A stretch of DNA of 64,000 nt from Candidatus Binatia bacterium. GTDB taxonomy: Bacteria; Desulfobacterota; Binatia; Bin18. Location: the NCBI GenBank assembly GCA_963666315.2, contig CAXXHG010000036.1, positions 73,830 through 137,829 on the forward strand, in the 5' to 3' direction. A model generated the notes under the pieces. The model searched no databases. It was not told the origin of the DNA and saw only the letters and a program-made list of their open reading frames with translations. Made by a program: the position numbers and the translations under genes. This document shows positions 47,012 through 57,537 of this stretch, one piece after another (positions within the stretch are counted from its first letter, which is position 1; the number at the start of each line of letters is the position of its first letter).

Positions 47012-48433
47012 ATGCCAATACACGCTGTCATTCTCGCCGGCGGCGGAGGGAGGCGGTTGTGGCCGCTGAGCCGGACCCTCTACCCGAAACAGTTCCTGGC
47101 CTTGCTGGGGGAACACTCGCTGCTGCAACGCACAGTCTTACGCATACACGATATGATACCAGCGGAGCGCCTGTGGATCGTGACCGCGCAAGAGCAGTCA
47201 TTTTATGTCCAGTCGCAGCTGGGCGATATCGGCCATTCAGGCCGGATCATCGCCGAACCCCAGGGCCGGAATACGGCTGCCGCCGTTGGGCTGGCGGCCT
47301 GTCACATTCAGCAGCGCGATCCTGAGGCAGTCACGGTCGTACTTCCGGCAGACCACTGGATCAAGAAGCCGCAGGAATTTCTGAGCCTCATCCAAGACGC
47401 GATTGCGCTCGCCGAACGCGGCGCTTTAGTGACGCTGGGCATTATTCCGGATCAAGCCGAGACCGGCTACGGCTATATCTGCCGCGGAGAGCCACTGACC
47501 AACGCGCCATCCGAGCAGTCCGTCTATGCAGTCAGCCGATTCGTCGAAAAGCCGAATATTTCCGATGCGCGCCGCTATGTAGACAGTGGGGAATATTACT
47601 GGAACGCGGGTATTTTTGTGTGGCGCACAAGTGTGATTATGGACGAAATTGCAGCCCACCTGCCTGCCCTGTCTCAGGGGCTCGAAGAAATCGCGCCCGC
47701 CCTACACAGGGCGGACGAGAAAGATACGCTCAAGCGCGTGTACGCACAGCTCGCTTCAGTTTCGATCGATCATGGTGTGTTGGAAAAATCCAGCCGTTTG
47801 GTAGTCATGCCCGCCGCCATCGGCTGGTCGGATCTGGGCAAGTGGTCGACGATCCATCAGTTTTCAGATCAGGATGAACGCGGCAATGTCTTGAGTCCGA
47901 GCGTGCTCGATATCGAAAGTGAGAATTCTCTGGTGTACAGCAGCGGGCGAACGATCGCCACGATCGGGCTGAAAAACATGATTGTCGTGGATACGCCCGA
48001 TGCACTCCTCGTCTGCGCGCAAGAGCGGACCTCGGAGGTCGGCTCTCTTGTGCAACAACTGCTTGCGCGTGGAGATCAGACTGTCCACACACCCAATATG
48101 GTCCGGCGTCCATGGGGCAGCTATACGGTCTTGGAGGAAGGTCCTCAGTTTAAAGTGAAGCGCATTGTGGTCGAGCCGGGCGGTGGATTAAGCCTGCAAC
48201 GTCACCGCCGGCGCAGTGAACACTGGGTCGTGATCTCCGGCGTGGCAACTATTATCCGGGGCGAAGAGGAGCTGACCCTCGGGGTTGATCAATCCACCTA
48301 TATCCCGCAGGGCACCAAACACCGCCTCTCCAACCGGGGCACCCAGCCGCTTCAAATCATTGAAGTCCAAACCGGCGCATACCTGGGTGAAGATGATATC
48401 GAGCGGCTGGAGGATGTGTATGGGCGCGTGTAA
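47012..48433 (+). CDS. manC: Mannose-1-phosphate guanylyltransferase / mannose-6-phosphate isomerase
   Basis: LAGGGGRRLWPLSR..YPKQ, EPQGRNTA, FVEKP, WSDLG, RPWG, SEHW. Confidence 0.94.
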   Translation: MPIHAVILAGGGGRRLWPLSRTLYPKQFLALLGEHSLLQRTVLRIHDMIPAERLWIVTAQEQSFYVQSQLGDIGHSGRIIAEPQGRNTAAAVGLAACHIQQRDPEAVTVVLPADHWIKKPQEFLSLIQDAIALAERGALVTLGIIPDQAETGYGYICRGEPLTNAPSEQSVYAVSRFVEKPNISDARRYVDSGEYYWNAGIFVWRTSVIMDEIAAHLPALSQGLEEIAPALHRADEKDTLKRVYAQLASVSIDHGVLEKSSRLVVMPAAIGWSDLGKWSTIHQFSDQDERGNVLSPSVLDIESENSLVYSSGRTIATIGLKNMIVVDTPDALLVCAQERTSEVGSLVQQLLARGDQTVHTPNMVRRPWGSYTVLEEGPQFKVKRIVVEPGGGLSLQRHRRRSEHWVVISGVATIIRGEEELTLGVDQSTYIPQGTKHRLSNRGTQPLQIIEVQTGAYLGEDDIERLEDVYGRV

Positions 48434-48570
48434 TTGATCTTCGGCGTTTAGTCCTTCAGGTCGAAGATGAGAAAAAGGTGTCTTACTTCGCGTGTCGGAA
48501 TGTATCCGCCATGCAATAGAGCAATCCGCCGATGAAGATAACAAAGATGATAGCCACAAAAATCTCCATG

Positions 48571-48936
48571 TTACAAATCTCCCAAGCGTTCTATTGCCGC
48601 CTCGATTTTTCCGTTGAAGATCGCAATGGTACCGGTCAGGATGACTATAGCAAGACTGGCCAGAATAATCAGCAAATTCTTTGCTTGTCCATAATTGGAG
48701 GCCACCCAGCCGGTCAGTTCAGTAGGTCGGATTAGCGGAGCGTAATCCGACACCTCGTCTAGGCGCAGCCCCGGCAATAGCGACGAACCGTTGTCCTTGG
48801 GGGTGGCTACGGCTACACGGTAGTGACGACCCAAGGACGGAAGCTGGTCGCCAATGAGGGGAGTGGTAGAATGCTGCGCGAGGCGTTGCGCCCAGTCACC
48901 GCGATACGACCGGTGTAGGGCGAGAGGAGTCGTCAC
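48571..48936 (-). CDS. Hypothetical protein or gene fragment with C-terminal TM helix
   Basis: ORF with hydrophobic C-terminal stretch; no recognisable family. Confidence 0.25.
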   Translation of the reverse strand: MTTPLALHRSYRGDWAQRLAQHSTTPLIGDQLPSLGRHYRVAVATPKDNGSSLLPGLRLDEVSDYAPLIRPTELTGWVASNYGQAKNLLIILASLAIVILTGTIAIFNGKIEAAIERLGDL

Positions 48937-48949
48937 GACGGGGGAGGAT

Positions 48950-48980
48950 GTTGGGTTACGCTTACGCTAACCCAACCTAC
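48950..48980 (-). repeat. GTAG-type REP hairpin
   Basis: Minus strand GTAGgttgggttagcgtaagcgtaacccaac. Confidence 0.6.
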
Positions 48981-49038
48981 GGGAGACGGCCGGTGCCTTG
49001 CAGGCTGTTGCTGAAGTCCATCGAGCTTGCCCATCTGC

Positions 49039-49051
49039 TCTCACTATGAGA
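49039..49051. promoter_or_regulatory. Palindromic operator upstream of higBA
   Basis: TCTCA-CTA-TGAGA 11 bp before the toxin GTG. Confidence 0.5.
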
Positions 49052-49062
49052 TCATCTTAGCA

Positions 49063-49347
49063 GTGAGAGCCATTAGTTACAAAACGATTCGAGAATTCGT
49101 CAGGACACATCCTCAAGCATCGACAAGTTTACAGAATTGGTACGACACGGTTCTCAAAGCCTCTTGGCGATCCTTGGCTGATGTCCGGCAGATCTACCCG
49201 CATGCGGACCTTGTGGGACGACGCACCGTTTTTAACATCTCGGGCAACAACTTTCGGCTGATTTCTCGGATCAACTATCAGTGGCAAATCGTCTACATTC
49301 TCGCCATCCTGACCCACGCAGAATATGACAAGGAGCAGTGGAAATGA
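49063..49347 (+). CDS. higB: Type II toxin HigB
   Basis: WY...W...YPHAD...VFNISGNNFRLI...LTHAEYDK. Confidence 0.9.
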   Translation: MRAISYKTIREFVRTHPQASTSLQNWYDTVLKASWRSLADVRQIYPHADLVGRRTVFNISGNNFRLISRINYQWQIVYILAILTHAEYDKEQWK

Positions 49348-49754
49348 AGACAGCTTTGGCTTTTGATTCCAAAAAGTACGGGCGTCTACTCGTACAGACT
49401 TTACCCTCTACTATTAAAACAGACGAAGAACACGAACGACTCCTCAAGATTGTCGAGCAGCTCATAGAGCGAGAGGAGGAAGAGTTGTCCCCAGAAGAGG
49501 GCTCTTTACTCGATCTGCTGGCCACTTTGATTGAGCGCTATGAGACGGAACGATATCCGAGGCCCGCATCTCTTCCGCACGAGCTGCTGCAGCACCTGAT
49601 GGAGGCCCGGGGTCTCCGCCAGCGCGATCTCCTAGTGATCTTTGGCTCCCGCGGGCTGACGTCCGAGGTGGTCAATGGCAAACGACAGATCAGTAAGGCC
49701 CAGACCAAGAAACTGGCTGCGTTTTTTCATGTGTCGGCAGATTTATTTCTGTAA
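49344..49754 (+). CDS. higA: Type II antitoxin HigA (C-terminal HTH)
   Basis: LLATLIERYE, LMEARGLRQRDL, SEVVNGKRQIS; ATGA overlap with toxin. Confidence 0.9.
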   Translation: MKTALAFDSKKYGRLLVQTLPSTIKTDEEHERLLKIVEQLIEREEEELSPEEGSLLDLLATLIERYETERYPRPASLPHELLQHLMEARGLRQRDLLVIFGSRGLTSEVVNGKRQISKAQTKKLAAFFHVSADLFL

Positions 49755-49795
49755 GTGCCCTGATTGAGGAGAGCGGTTAATCTCTGTCAATGTAT

Positions 49796-49966
49796 CTCAA
49801 TCAGACTTCATGAGCTCCGTGCACAATCATGACAATCGGTGCTTACTCCTGGGGGCGTTCCTATGCCCGCCTCCGCCCGGCGATAAAGTCGCCGATCTAC
49901 AAGAAAGCGCCCGATCAATGGGGCTAGCCAGCTTGAGCCGGCGTCGTTGTGTAGCCCGGACACTTC
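49796..49966 (+). repeat. ~170-bp dispersed repeat, copy 2
   Basis: Aligns with 42371..42541. Confidence 0.85.
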
Positions 49967-50054
49967 ACTTCATGTCCGGGCGGGGGTGGGTGCATCGCAG
50001 AAGGTGCGATCCTGTCCCTATCTCTAGCGTTTCGATTGAGGATAAGGATGTCTG

Positions 50055-50630
50055 ATGCGCTACCATCGACCACGTTACTTCCGCCGTTTGCGGGTTGCAC
50101 TCTCGATAGCAGGGATAATTTGCTTTGGCGTATCGCCTGGCTGGGCGGCCGACCAGGTTCGCCCGCCACTAACCGGCTGGGCCGCCGCCGAAGGGCGCTG
50201 GCCCATTGCCGACGGGGAGCTGAGTTCGTCTTAAATTGTGTGGAAGCCGTTTGGCGCCTACCAGTCGCTCATCCTGACGGTGTCGTTGCCCGGCGGGCTG
50301 GTGGTGCGCAACGAATTTCAGCCCGGCGAGACGGTCCTTTTCAAGGCCGGCATGTCGGTAGAGGAGAAGGACGTCCTCCTTTCCGGCCGCAGGACCGACC
50401 CAGAGTTCCTCAAGAAGGAGCAATCCGTCAAGACTCTCGAATCCCTCCAGGACGGCGTATACCACTGCGAGCTGACCATCGTCCCCCGTCCGGAATCCCT
50501 CCCCCCAACCGCGCGGGAGAGGGCGGCTCTCACCATTTCGGCGCAGGTGGGATACGAGGAAAAGGCGCTTCGGCAAGTATGGTTCTCATGCCTTAGGTTC
50601 CTCTGCAGAAAAGCCTCCCTGTATCCATAA
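50055..50630 (+). pseudogene. Exported hypothetical protein with internal TAA
   Basis: ATG 50055 signal peptide (RRLRVALSIAGIICFGVSPGWA) in frame with ORF 50238 across TAA 50232. Confidence 0.45.
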
Positions 50631-50690
50631 TAAGGCTATGGAAGAGAGCGTCTAGAATTATTGCATTTTTCGGAGAGAATGTGACCAGTA

Positions 50691-53600
50691 CTAATTGCCG
50701 TACGGGCGCGGCAAAACAATCTGCCCATCTTGATCCGCCACCGTTGCGGCAATCTCAGTCCAGCCCCAATACAGATCTTCCCAAACGATTGCCACCCGGT
50801 CTTCTCCACCAACAACAAGGGGATTGACGCAGTCTGATTTTCTATCGCGGTTCAGTAACACCGGACTGGTCCACTGGCCGTTGGCATAGCGAGAAAACCA
50901 GACATGAGACCGGTCAGAGTCTTTGGCGTCCCAGACCGCGATAGTCCCCACCGCAGAAGCACCGAGCGCCACATTACGGGTAGACCAGGCAAACGGAATC
51001 TGTCCCGTTGTGATGCGAGGCGTGTCCTGTCCCTCAGTAATAGTGATCTGTCGCCACGTCACACCAGTTTCGCTGTCTGGCCAGGCAACAAGGTATCCCT
51101 CAGGCGTCCCAACAAGAGCCGGAGCCCCAGCGGCCTCATTCATTTGGCCTAGATTCAGTATTTGAGGTGCCTTGGTGTTGTCGTTCGGCCACAGCGTCAA
51201 CTTCACCCTGACTTGCTCTCCCACTCTGTCAGTCCAAACAAGCACAGCTTTTTCATGGTCATCCGCCGCCACCACATGTAGAGGAGTCGTAACATTGAGT
51301 GGGATCCGTGAAAGCGAAATCGCGTTCGTATCTCCCTCTGGAGGCAAAACCGCCTGATAGATCCCCCACCCGTGGCTCACACTATACCCACGCATCACAA
51401 CGCCAATTGTCCTGTCCATGCGGAGCAGTCGGGCTCCAGTGAAAGACATCCCTTCTTCATGGACGCGTAGATAGGGCTCGATACGCGGTCGTTCCCTATC
51501 AATGGTGACTTTACTTACAATGATATCCACGTGAGTATCATGTCGCTCGTCCCAAGCGACATGATACGACGAGTCACGCCAGATCATATCCGTTGCTTCG
51601 GAGACATTCTCCGTACTTGTCAGAGGCATTTCCGGGCCTAACAATGTACCATCAAGACCAATCTGTCGGAAAAATACGCGACGACCTTCCCGATCATCAG
51701 TCCACACAACTCCAAAGTGCTGCGCGTATGGTACAAGCGCCGTCCGGGCCGAAAAAGAAATCCCATTGGCCTCGGAGATCCGTACCGTATTGTTCTCTTT
51801 TATAGAAAAGAACTGCTCCTGATACTCCTGTCCATCGACATATGTTTCCTGGGCGGGAAAACGCCGCGCGGCAGGAGATTGCGTATTGAGAAACACAAAC
51901 ACGGCGGGGAGTCCTTGTTTATCATAAGCAAGGTAGAGTTCTCGCAATACAGGAGACTGACGTAAGCGCCTATGGATATCGAAAAACTGCTTCCGGGTAT
52001 TATCTAAGGGTAAGGAACGATCCGGAGCAGGCGTCACGCAGATAATAAAATCAAAGGGCAATTGTGCATACGGCGGCGGAACAACCACTCTTTTCTGAAT
52101 ATCCTCATTCTCAATAGAGACGTAGCGTTTATGCCCACTCATCCCGGTACCAAGAGCATGGATCGTTCTGTTGCCTTCATTGCCTACAATAACATCCTCA
52201 GACCGGACTCGACCAGACGCCCATACGGACATAGCATTCAGATAGTCATATTTGAGTGTGGCATAAGGATATCTAAAAAACATTTGCGTCTGGTAGCGAA
52301 AGGGATGGAGTGGAATAAAGAGAAGCGTCGCAAGAACACACAATCCAATACTCGCCTGCAAGCGCTTCCTGTTTGGAGTATGCTGATTATCCGTATGCAG
52401 GCAACAAGTTTGATAGTATTTCCAGACTAGACACACTTCGCACATGTAGAAGGCAAGGAGATCAGTACGAATCAGTAAGCCTAACCCAAAACATACCCCC
52501 ATAATTGTCAGATTGCCCCGAGGACGCGGGGCGAGAACAGGCCGTGCAATCCAATACGCCAGCAGTGGATAAACAGGCAGAAAGAACCTCACAAACCCGC
52601 TTATATTCCATAAATTCATCCCCAAGAGCAGCATTAGCGCAAACACGAGATGCGGTAGTATAAGGCCCTCCTCTTGGAGGGCCTCTTCCGGCTGGACGAC
52701 TGGGTTTTGCGATCTCCATAAAAAGCTGAGAACACTCCCCGTAATGACACACAACAGAGACAAGCGCCATGAGCCTTCAAGCCCACTACTCCACAGCGCC
52801 AGCGCCATAAGGCCACCATTGAACACGCATAACGCTAGGAATACGACGAGCTTCCAGCGGCGCCGCCGCTCCCTCCACTTGTCCGGTTTCCGCAGGGCCA
52901 GAAAAGCCCTCGCTCCATCATCCCACATGCTGACCAGGAAAAGAGCCATGAAGATCGCAGGAATGGTGTTCACATGAAATGCACGACTGATTAATGATAT
53001 ATGGCCCGCAAAATCAAACAGATTGTTCTTTACACCGACCAAGAACTGATCTACAATCAGTACCTGATATTCCATCGCCCCAATCAATCCTCCAGCTGAT
53101 GCGGAGAGCAGCATTTGATCTGGAGCAGAGAACCCCAACGCTGCCATTATCGGCCAGGACGGCGGCCACAGAGTCAACACGGATCCCAGTGCAACACACC
53201 CCCAGATGGCGACAGCGATCGCGCCCCAGTACCCGAGATCATTTTTCTCAAGTCGTCCCTCGAGGTATGCCATCAGCCCAACCCAAGCGAGGATAGGAGC
53301 GATCGCGCCAAGCACAAATTCTTTGGTCAAAACGGCTACGGTCGCAAATAAGAGGGTCAGTGTCACCGCGCTCGTCGATCGAGTCTGCCTCCACCAAAGC
53401 ACTCCGACCAATACCCCAATCATGCCCCATGCAGCCTGCACGTCGGGAAGCATGATAAAGGACTTATCTCGGAGTTCTGGGAGAACAAGCAACACGCCCA
53501 GAGCTCCGACGGCGATGGAACGCTGAATCCCGAGCAATCTCAAGAAAACATAGGAGAGAGGAAAAAGGGACACCTGCACACAGAACTGTACCGACCGAGC

Positions 53601-53912
53601 AACAAAGATAGGGTCACTTTTTGTAATCCATGTAATAAATGCAGGGACAAGAACAAGGAAAGGGTGTCGGATCCATAACTCGAGCATGGAAAACTCGGAG
53701 GAACCCTCCCAAATCGCCATCAGCTCCCGTATAACTGCAGCATAAAAATGTTCGTCTGAATACATCGACAGCTTTCGTTTTCCGAAGTAATCGATATAAC
53801 GAAAAACAAAAGCCACTAGACCAACACTGCCAGCAATGGCCCAGTCTTTTTTTCCAGTGAATACTTTTTTCAGTGGAGAATTCAACGAATTGCCCCTCTG
53901 TTGGGCACGCAC
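50691..53912 (-). CDS. Large polytopic membrane protein, GT-C (ArnT/PMT-like) glycosyltransferase with C-terminal beta-repeat domain
   Basis: SDE after TM1, HP, PD, TKE motifs, many TM helices; C-terminal (V/L)xW(T/D/E)D-type repeats. Confidence 0.6.
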   Translation of the reverse strand: MRAQQRGNSLNSPLKKVFTGKKDWAIAGSVGLVAFVFRYIDYFGKRKLSMYSDEHFYAAVIRELMAIWEGSSEFSMLELWIRHPFLVLVPAFITWITKSDPIFVARSVQFCVQVSLFPLSYVFLRLLGIQRSIAVGALGVLLVLPELRDKSFIMLPDVQAAWGMIGVLVGVLWWRQTRSTSAVTLTLLFATVAVLTKEFVLGAIAPILAWVGLMAYLEGRLEKNDLGYWGAIAVAIWGCVALGSVLTLWPPSWPIMAALGFSAPDQMLLSASAGGLIGAMEYQVLIVDQFLVGVKNNLFDFAGHISLISRAFHVNTIPAIFMALFLVSMWDDGARAFLALRKPDKWRERRRRWKLVVFLALCVFNGGLMALALWSSGLEGSWRLSLLCVITGSVLSFLWRSQNPVVQPEEALQEEGLILPHLVFALMLLLGMNLWNISGFVRFFLPVYPLLAYWIARPVLAPRPRGNLTIMGVCFGLGLLIRTDLLAFYMCEVCLVWKYYQTCCLHTDNQHTPNRKRLQASIGLCVLATLLFIPLHPFRYQTQMFFRYPYATLKYDYLNAMSVWASGRVRSEDVIVGNEGNRTIHALGTGMSGHKRYVSIENEDIQKRVVVPPPYAQLPFDFIICVTPAPDRSLPLDNTRKQFFDIHRRLRQSPVLRELYLAYDKQGLPAVFVFLNTQSPAARRFPAQETYVDGQEYQEQFFSIKENNTVRISEANGISFSARTALVPYAQHFGVVWTDDREGRRVFFRQIGLDGTLLGPEMPLTSTENVSEATDMIWRDSSYHVAWDERHDTHVDIIVSKVTIDRERPRIEPYLRVHEEGMSFTGARLLRMDRTIGVVMRGYSVSHGWGIYQAVLPPEGDTNAISLSRIPLNVTTPLHVVAADDHEKAVLVWTDRVGEQVRVKLTLWPNDNTKAPQILNLGQMNEAAGAPALVGTPEGYLVAWPDSETGVTWRQITITEGQDTPRITTGQIPFAWSTRNVALGASAVGTIAVWDAKDSDRSHVWFSRYANGQWTSPVLLNRDRKSDCVNPLVVGGEDRVAIVWEDLYWGWTEIAATVADQDGQIVLPRPYGN

Positions 53913-53999
53913 AGCGATCCCATCGTCGGCAATGTAACTTGTCTACACAGAGATCCTCCTCAAGGCCAGCAGTCGCAAGGCCACAATACTCATAATCGC

Positions 54000-54278
54000 G
54001 ATGACGGCAAGGTGATTCTTGTCCGATTGCCTATTGAGCCCATGATGCTGAAACTCCAGCGAGAAATGGTAGGAAGCATTTTCGACGATTACCTAACAGC
54101 GCTAAAAATCCGCAAATCCGGTATCCATCTCGACTTACGTCAGGGGCGACGTTTTGAGTTCGCCGATCTTAATCATCTGTCACTCCGAGGCGGACAAGAA
54201 CTCGCCTCGGCCATCTTTAATCCGTTGATCACACGACTTTTGGCAAGCCGACGTGGGGAGCAGGAGGTACACCGTTAG
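54000..54278 (+). pseudogene. C-terminal fragment of an SGNH-like protein
   Basis: KVILVRLP...FADLNHLSLRGGQELA (DxxH block); no N-terminus. Confidence 0.4.
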
Positions 54279-54361
54279 ATATGGGGGTGTTTTCAGCACC
54301 AACAAAACGAGGTGGAATGATAGAATTTCGTATCTCTTTCCGGGCCTCTTCAGGGGACACA

Positions 54362-56338
54362 CTATTCTGGGCTGCCTCTGCCTCGTCCGGCGGGGTTGAG
54401 AGGCAACACCTTTGCACCACGAGACTTTCTAGAAAGATCGTCGTCCGACCCCTCCATACCATCATTGGCAAGGTCAATAATAGCTCGGTTGAGGGAGGTG
54501 CTCGATGACGAGAGCAGTCTGTCCACTTCGTCCAAGAGTAACTCTGGCCGACAAATTGTTGCTGAGGACAGCGCTTTCAGAATCTTGGGATGTGCTGTGC
54601 GCTCCTTCTGTTCATCGGCGTGCCAGAGTTCTTCGCGCAGCTTCTCTCCTGGCCTTAAGCCAATAAACTGAATGGGCACGTCCGTGTGGGGCTCTCGGCC
54701 AGCCAGACGAATCAGCTGTTCAGCCAGGTCCAGAATCTTAATAGGCTCGCCCATCTCTAACAGAAAAATCTCCCCGCCATGACCCATTACCACGGCCTGC
54801 AGGATCAAACGCACTGCTTCAGGAATTGTCATAAAGAAACGCGTCACCTCGCGATGGGTTACAGTCAGGGGACCTCCTGCCGCGAGTTGGCGCTCAAAGA
54901 GAGGAACCACTGAGCCCGAGCTGCCGATCACATTCCCAAACCGCACGACGTGAAAAGCGGTTGGGCCTCGGTCGTCAAAGCCCAAGCACAGCTGCTCAGC
55001 CAGTCGCTTGGTTGCCCCCATGACGCTCGTTGGGTGCACGGCCTTATCGCTGGAGATGAGCACAAAGTGTTCCACTCCCGCACGCCGGGCCGCCTCTCCT
55101 ACGATCGAGGTGCCTAATACATTAGTGACAAGGGCGGCGCGAGGATTTTCCTCCATCAAGTGAACATGTTTATAGGCGGCGGCATGGAAAATGACCTGCG
55201 GGCCCTCTGATTGAAGTAGGTCAGAAACAAGAGTCTGATCTGTGATTGAGCCGATGACGCAGCGGTGAGGAGCCTTTGCCAGTAGAGGTCCTAACTCGTC
55301 TTGTAGCAGATAGAGATGCAACTCGCTTTGGTCCAGCAACGTGAGATGGTCTATCCCAAACCCCAGCAGCTGGCGACACAGCTCTGAGCCAATAGACCCA
55401 GCCGCCCCCGTGACGAGGATACGTTTCCCTTGGAGCTAGTCCGCAATACCTTCGATGTCAACACCAACCGGCTCTCGGCCTAAGAGATCCTCCAGCTGAA
55501 CCGGCCGGAGCTGAGACAAGATCGCTCTTCCTGTCAGAGTATCGCTTATAGACGGTAAGGTCCGAAATTCAGCGTCAGCCTCTTCACAGATCCGTACGAT
55601 CCTGCGCATCTGGGCGGAGGTTGCGGAAGGCAGGGCAATGTAGACATAGCGGGTCTCAAAATCGGAGAGCAGCTCGGGTAGACGTTTCACCGGGGTCAAG
55701 ATGGGCACTCCGTGGAGCTCACGGTTGTGCTTCCCCTGATCATCGTCAAGCACGGCCACCACGCACTCTCCGAGTCCGGGATTCTGTGCGAGCGCGCGGA
55801 CTAAAGTACTCCCAGCAGACCCAGCGCCGATCACAATGACGGACTTCATTTGTTGCGGTGCCCCTCCCACTCTCCTCCCCCGCCACATCTCCCAAGACAT
55901 CCGAGAGGTAATCCGCACCCCTGCCGTAAGAAACAGGTAAATGCCCCACTCCAGGATAAAAACTGAGCGGGGCATCCCTTGCAATCGAGAGATAAAAGCC
56001 ACTGCAGAAACCCCGACAAGCGACCCAATGGCTGACGCGACAACCAGTCGTCGCAGCTCCCACAGGCTGGTATGACGCCATACCATGCGGTGTAGGCGAA
56101 AAACATAGCGGAGCAAGAAACGAATAGGTACGAGCACGACAAATCCAGTGAGAAACTGTCGCCAGTACTCTCCATCAAGAAAGATAATCGTAAAGTTAAA
56201 ACGCAATACATACGCGAGAGGCAGAGCAATAAGGATCACGGCAAAGTCTATGCCCCCGATCACCACTCTCCGCCACAGAGCCCATCGTAGGAGTGTTTCC
56301 TTCATTGTCGCTGGTGCCACTACTCTCTCTTGCCTCAT
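54362..56338 (-). pseudogene. Polysaccharide biosynthesis protein CapD/PglF/WbpM (nucleotide-sugar dehydratase) with in-frame TAG at 55436
   Basis: TM N-terminus, IGAGSAG, EDLLGR, then *LQGKRILVTGAAGSIGSEL, HAAAYKHV, SSDKAV, RFGNV, RPGEKL in the same frame. Confidence 0.88.
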
Positions 56339-56462
56339 ATTTTTTCCAGCATGTGACGTCAAACTCAGAAAGACCAGTAGTCGCAATATCAGGTATCCGC
56401 CCAAAACCCCGCTGTATAACCCTTTCGAAGCTAGCAGGCCAGGTCGATGTTGCGTAGCTCGG

Positions 56463-57506
56463 TCAAGAAACATCCCCGACAACACCTTGGCGTTCCCGAC
56501 GAACAACAGCGGACCAAAGCGTGAAACTCAGCAATGGGAGCAGGAGAAGAATAGCCATGCTACTTCCCCTCACCTGCATCACCCACAGCAACGCAAGCGC
56601 AACACCAAAGAGGGCGAGAACGAGATAGCACAGGGTCACACCACGATGTGTCGCGCCGGCGATAACCAACCGTTGATACAGATGCGAGCGGTGCGCCGCA
56701 AAAACGTTCTCGCGATGGTACAAACGTCGCAGAAAAGTAAACATGGTGTCAAACAGAAAAGGCCATAGCAACAGCACGCCGACGACGGCCAAGGCAGGCT
56801 CCGCCCGAGCCGCGACAACAGGGAGAAAAGCAAAGGAGTAGCCGAGAAAAGCGCTGCCGACATCGCCCATGAAGATACGCGCTGGTGGCCAGTTGTGCCC
56901 TAGAAAACCCAGACTGCTCGCTGCGAGCAGCAGGCCCACGATACTCACGAACGATAGGCTGGCCAGCCATCCGACTACAGCCCAACCGAAGCCGGCGACG
57001 ACCGCCTGGCCAGCAGCGAGCCCATCTATACCATCCATGAAATTGTAGGCGTTTGTCAGTCCCACAATCCAAAGAAAGGTGACGATCCATCCCCACCCGC
57101 CGAGGTAAAACTCGCCCATCCAGGGAAGGCTAACGAGGTGCCAGGTTCCAACACCTAATATTGCCACAAGAGCACCCACGCTATGAGCGGTAAAACGCAC
57201 CCAGTTGGTCAGTGAATGCAGATCATCTCGCCAACTGACCCCAGCGATCAAGCTTGCCCCAATACTATACGCCAGGAGCACCGACCAGGACCAATCGAGA
57301 TCGAGGAACTGATAGGCGATCAAGCCGATCAAGGTGATCGTGCATATAGCAATGCCACCTCCCCGAGGTATAGGCTGTACATGAGAGCTTCGTTCGGTCG
57401 GGATGTCGAGGATCTGCCGGCGCTCTGCCCAGCGACGTAAGCCGCTAACCGCGAGATAGCCGAGCATCAATGTGATAAAGGCCAGTCCTGCTGTTTGCCA
57501 CATCAT
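56463..57506 (-). CDS. MraY-like undecaprenyl-phosphate sugar-1-phosphate transferase (WbpL/WecA type)
   Basis: RSSH..PIPRGGG, DD, NAYNFMDGIDG, FMGDVGS, HRSHLYQ. Confidence 0.92.
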   Translation of the reverse strand: MMWQTAGLAFITLMLGYLAVSGLRRWAERRQILDIPTERSSHVQPIPRGGGIAICTITLIGLIAYQFLDLDWSWSVLLAYSIGASLIAGVSWRDDLHSLTNWVRFTAHSVGALVAILGVGTWHLVSLPWMGEFYLGGWGWIVTFLWIVGLTNAYNFMDGIDGLAAGQAVVAGFGWAVVGWLASLSFVSIVGLLLAASSLGFLGHNWPPARIFMGDVGSAFLGYSFAFLPVVAARAEPALAVVGVLLLWPFLFDTMFTFLRRLYHRENVFAAHRSHLYQRLVIAGATHRGVTLCYLVLALFGVALALLWVMQVRGSSMAILLLLPLLSFTLWSAVVRRERQGVVGDVS

Positions 57507-57537
57507 CTTCTTTCTGCCACTCGCTGTCGATCAGACA

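Noticed and set aside
21985-55438. Stop-codon reassignment or readthrough (TGA at a conserved Trp at 42854; TAG at 22075 and 55436)
   Set aside because: Internal stops include TGA, TAG and TAA, and intact genes here end normally at all three; nonsense mutation or error is simpler.
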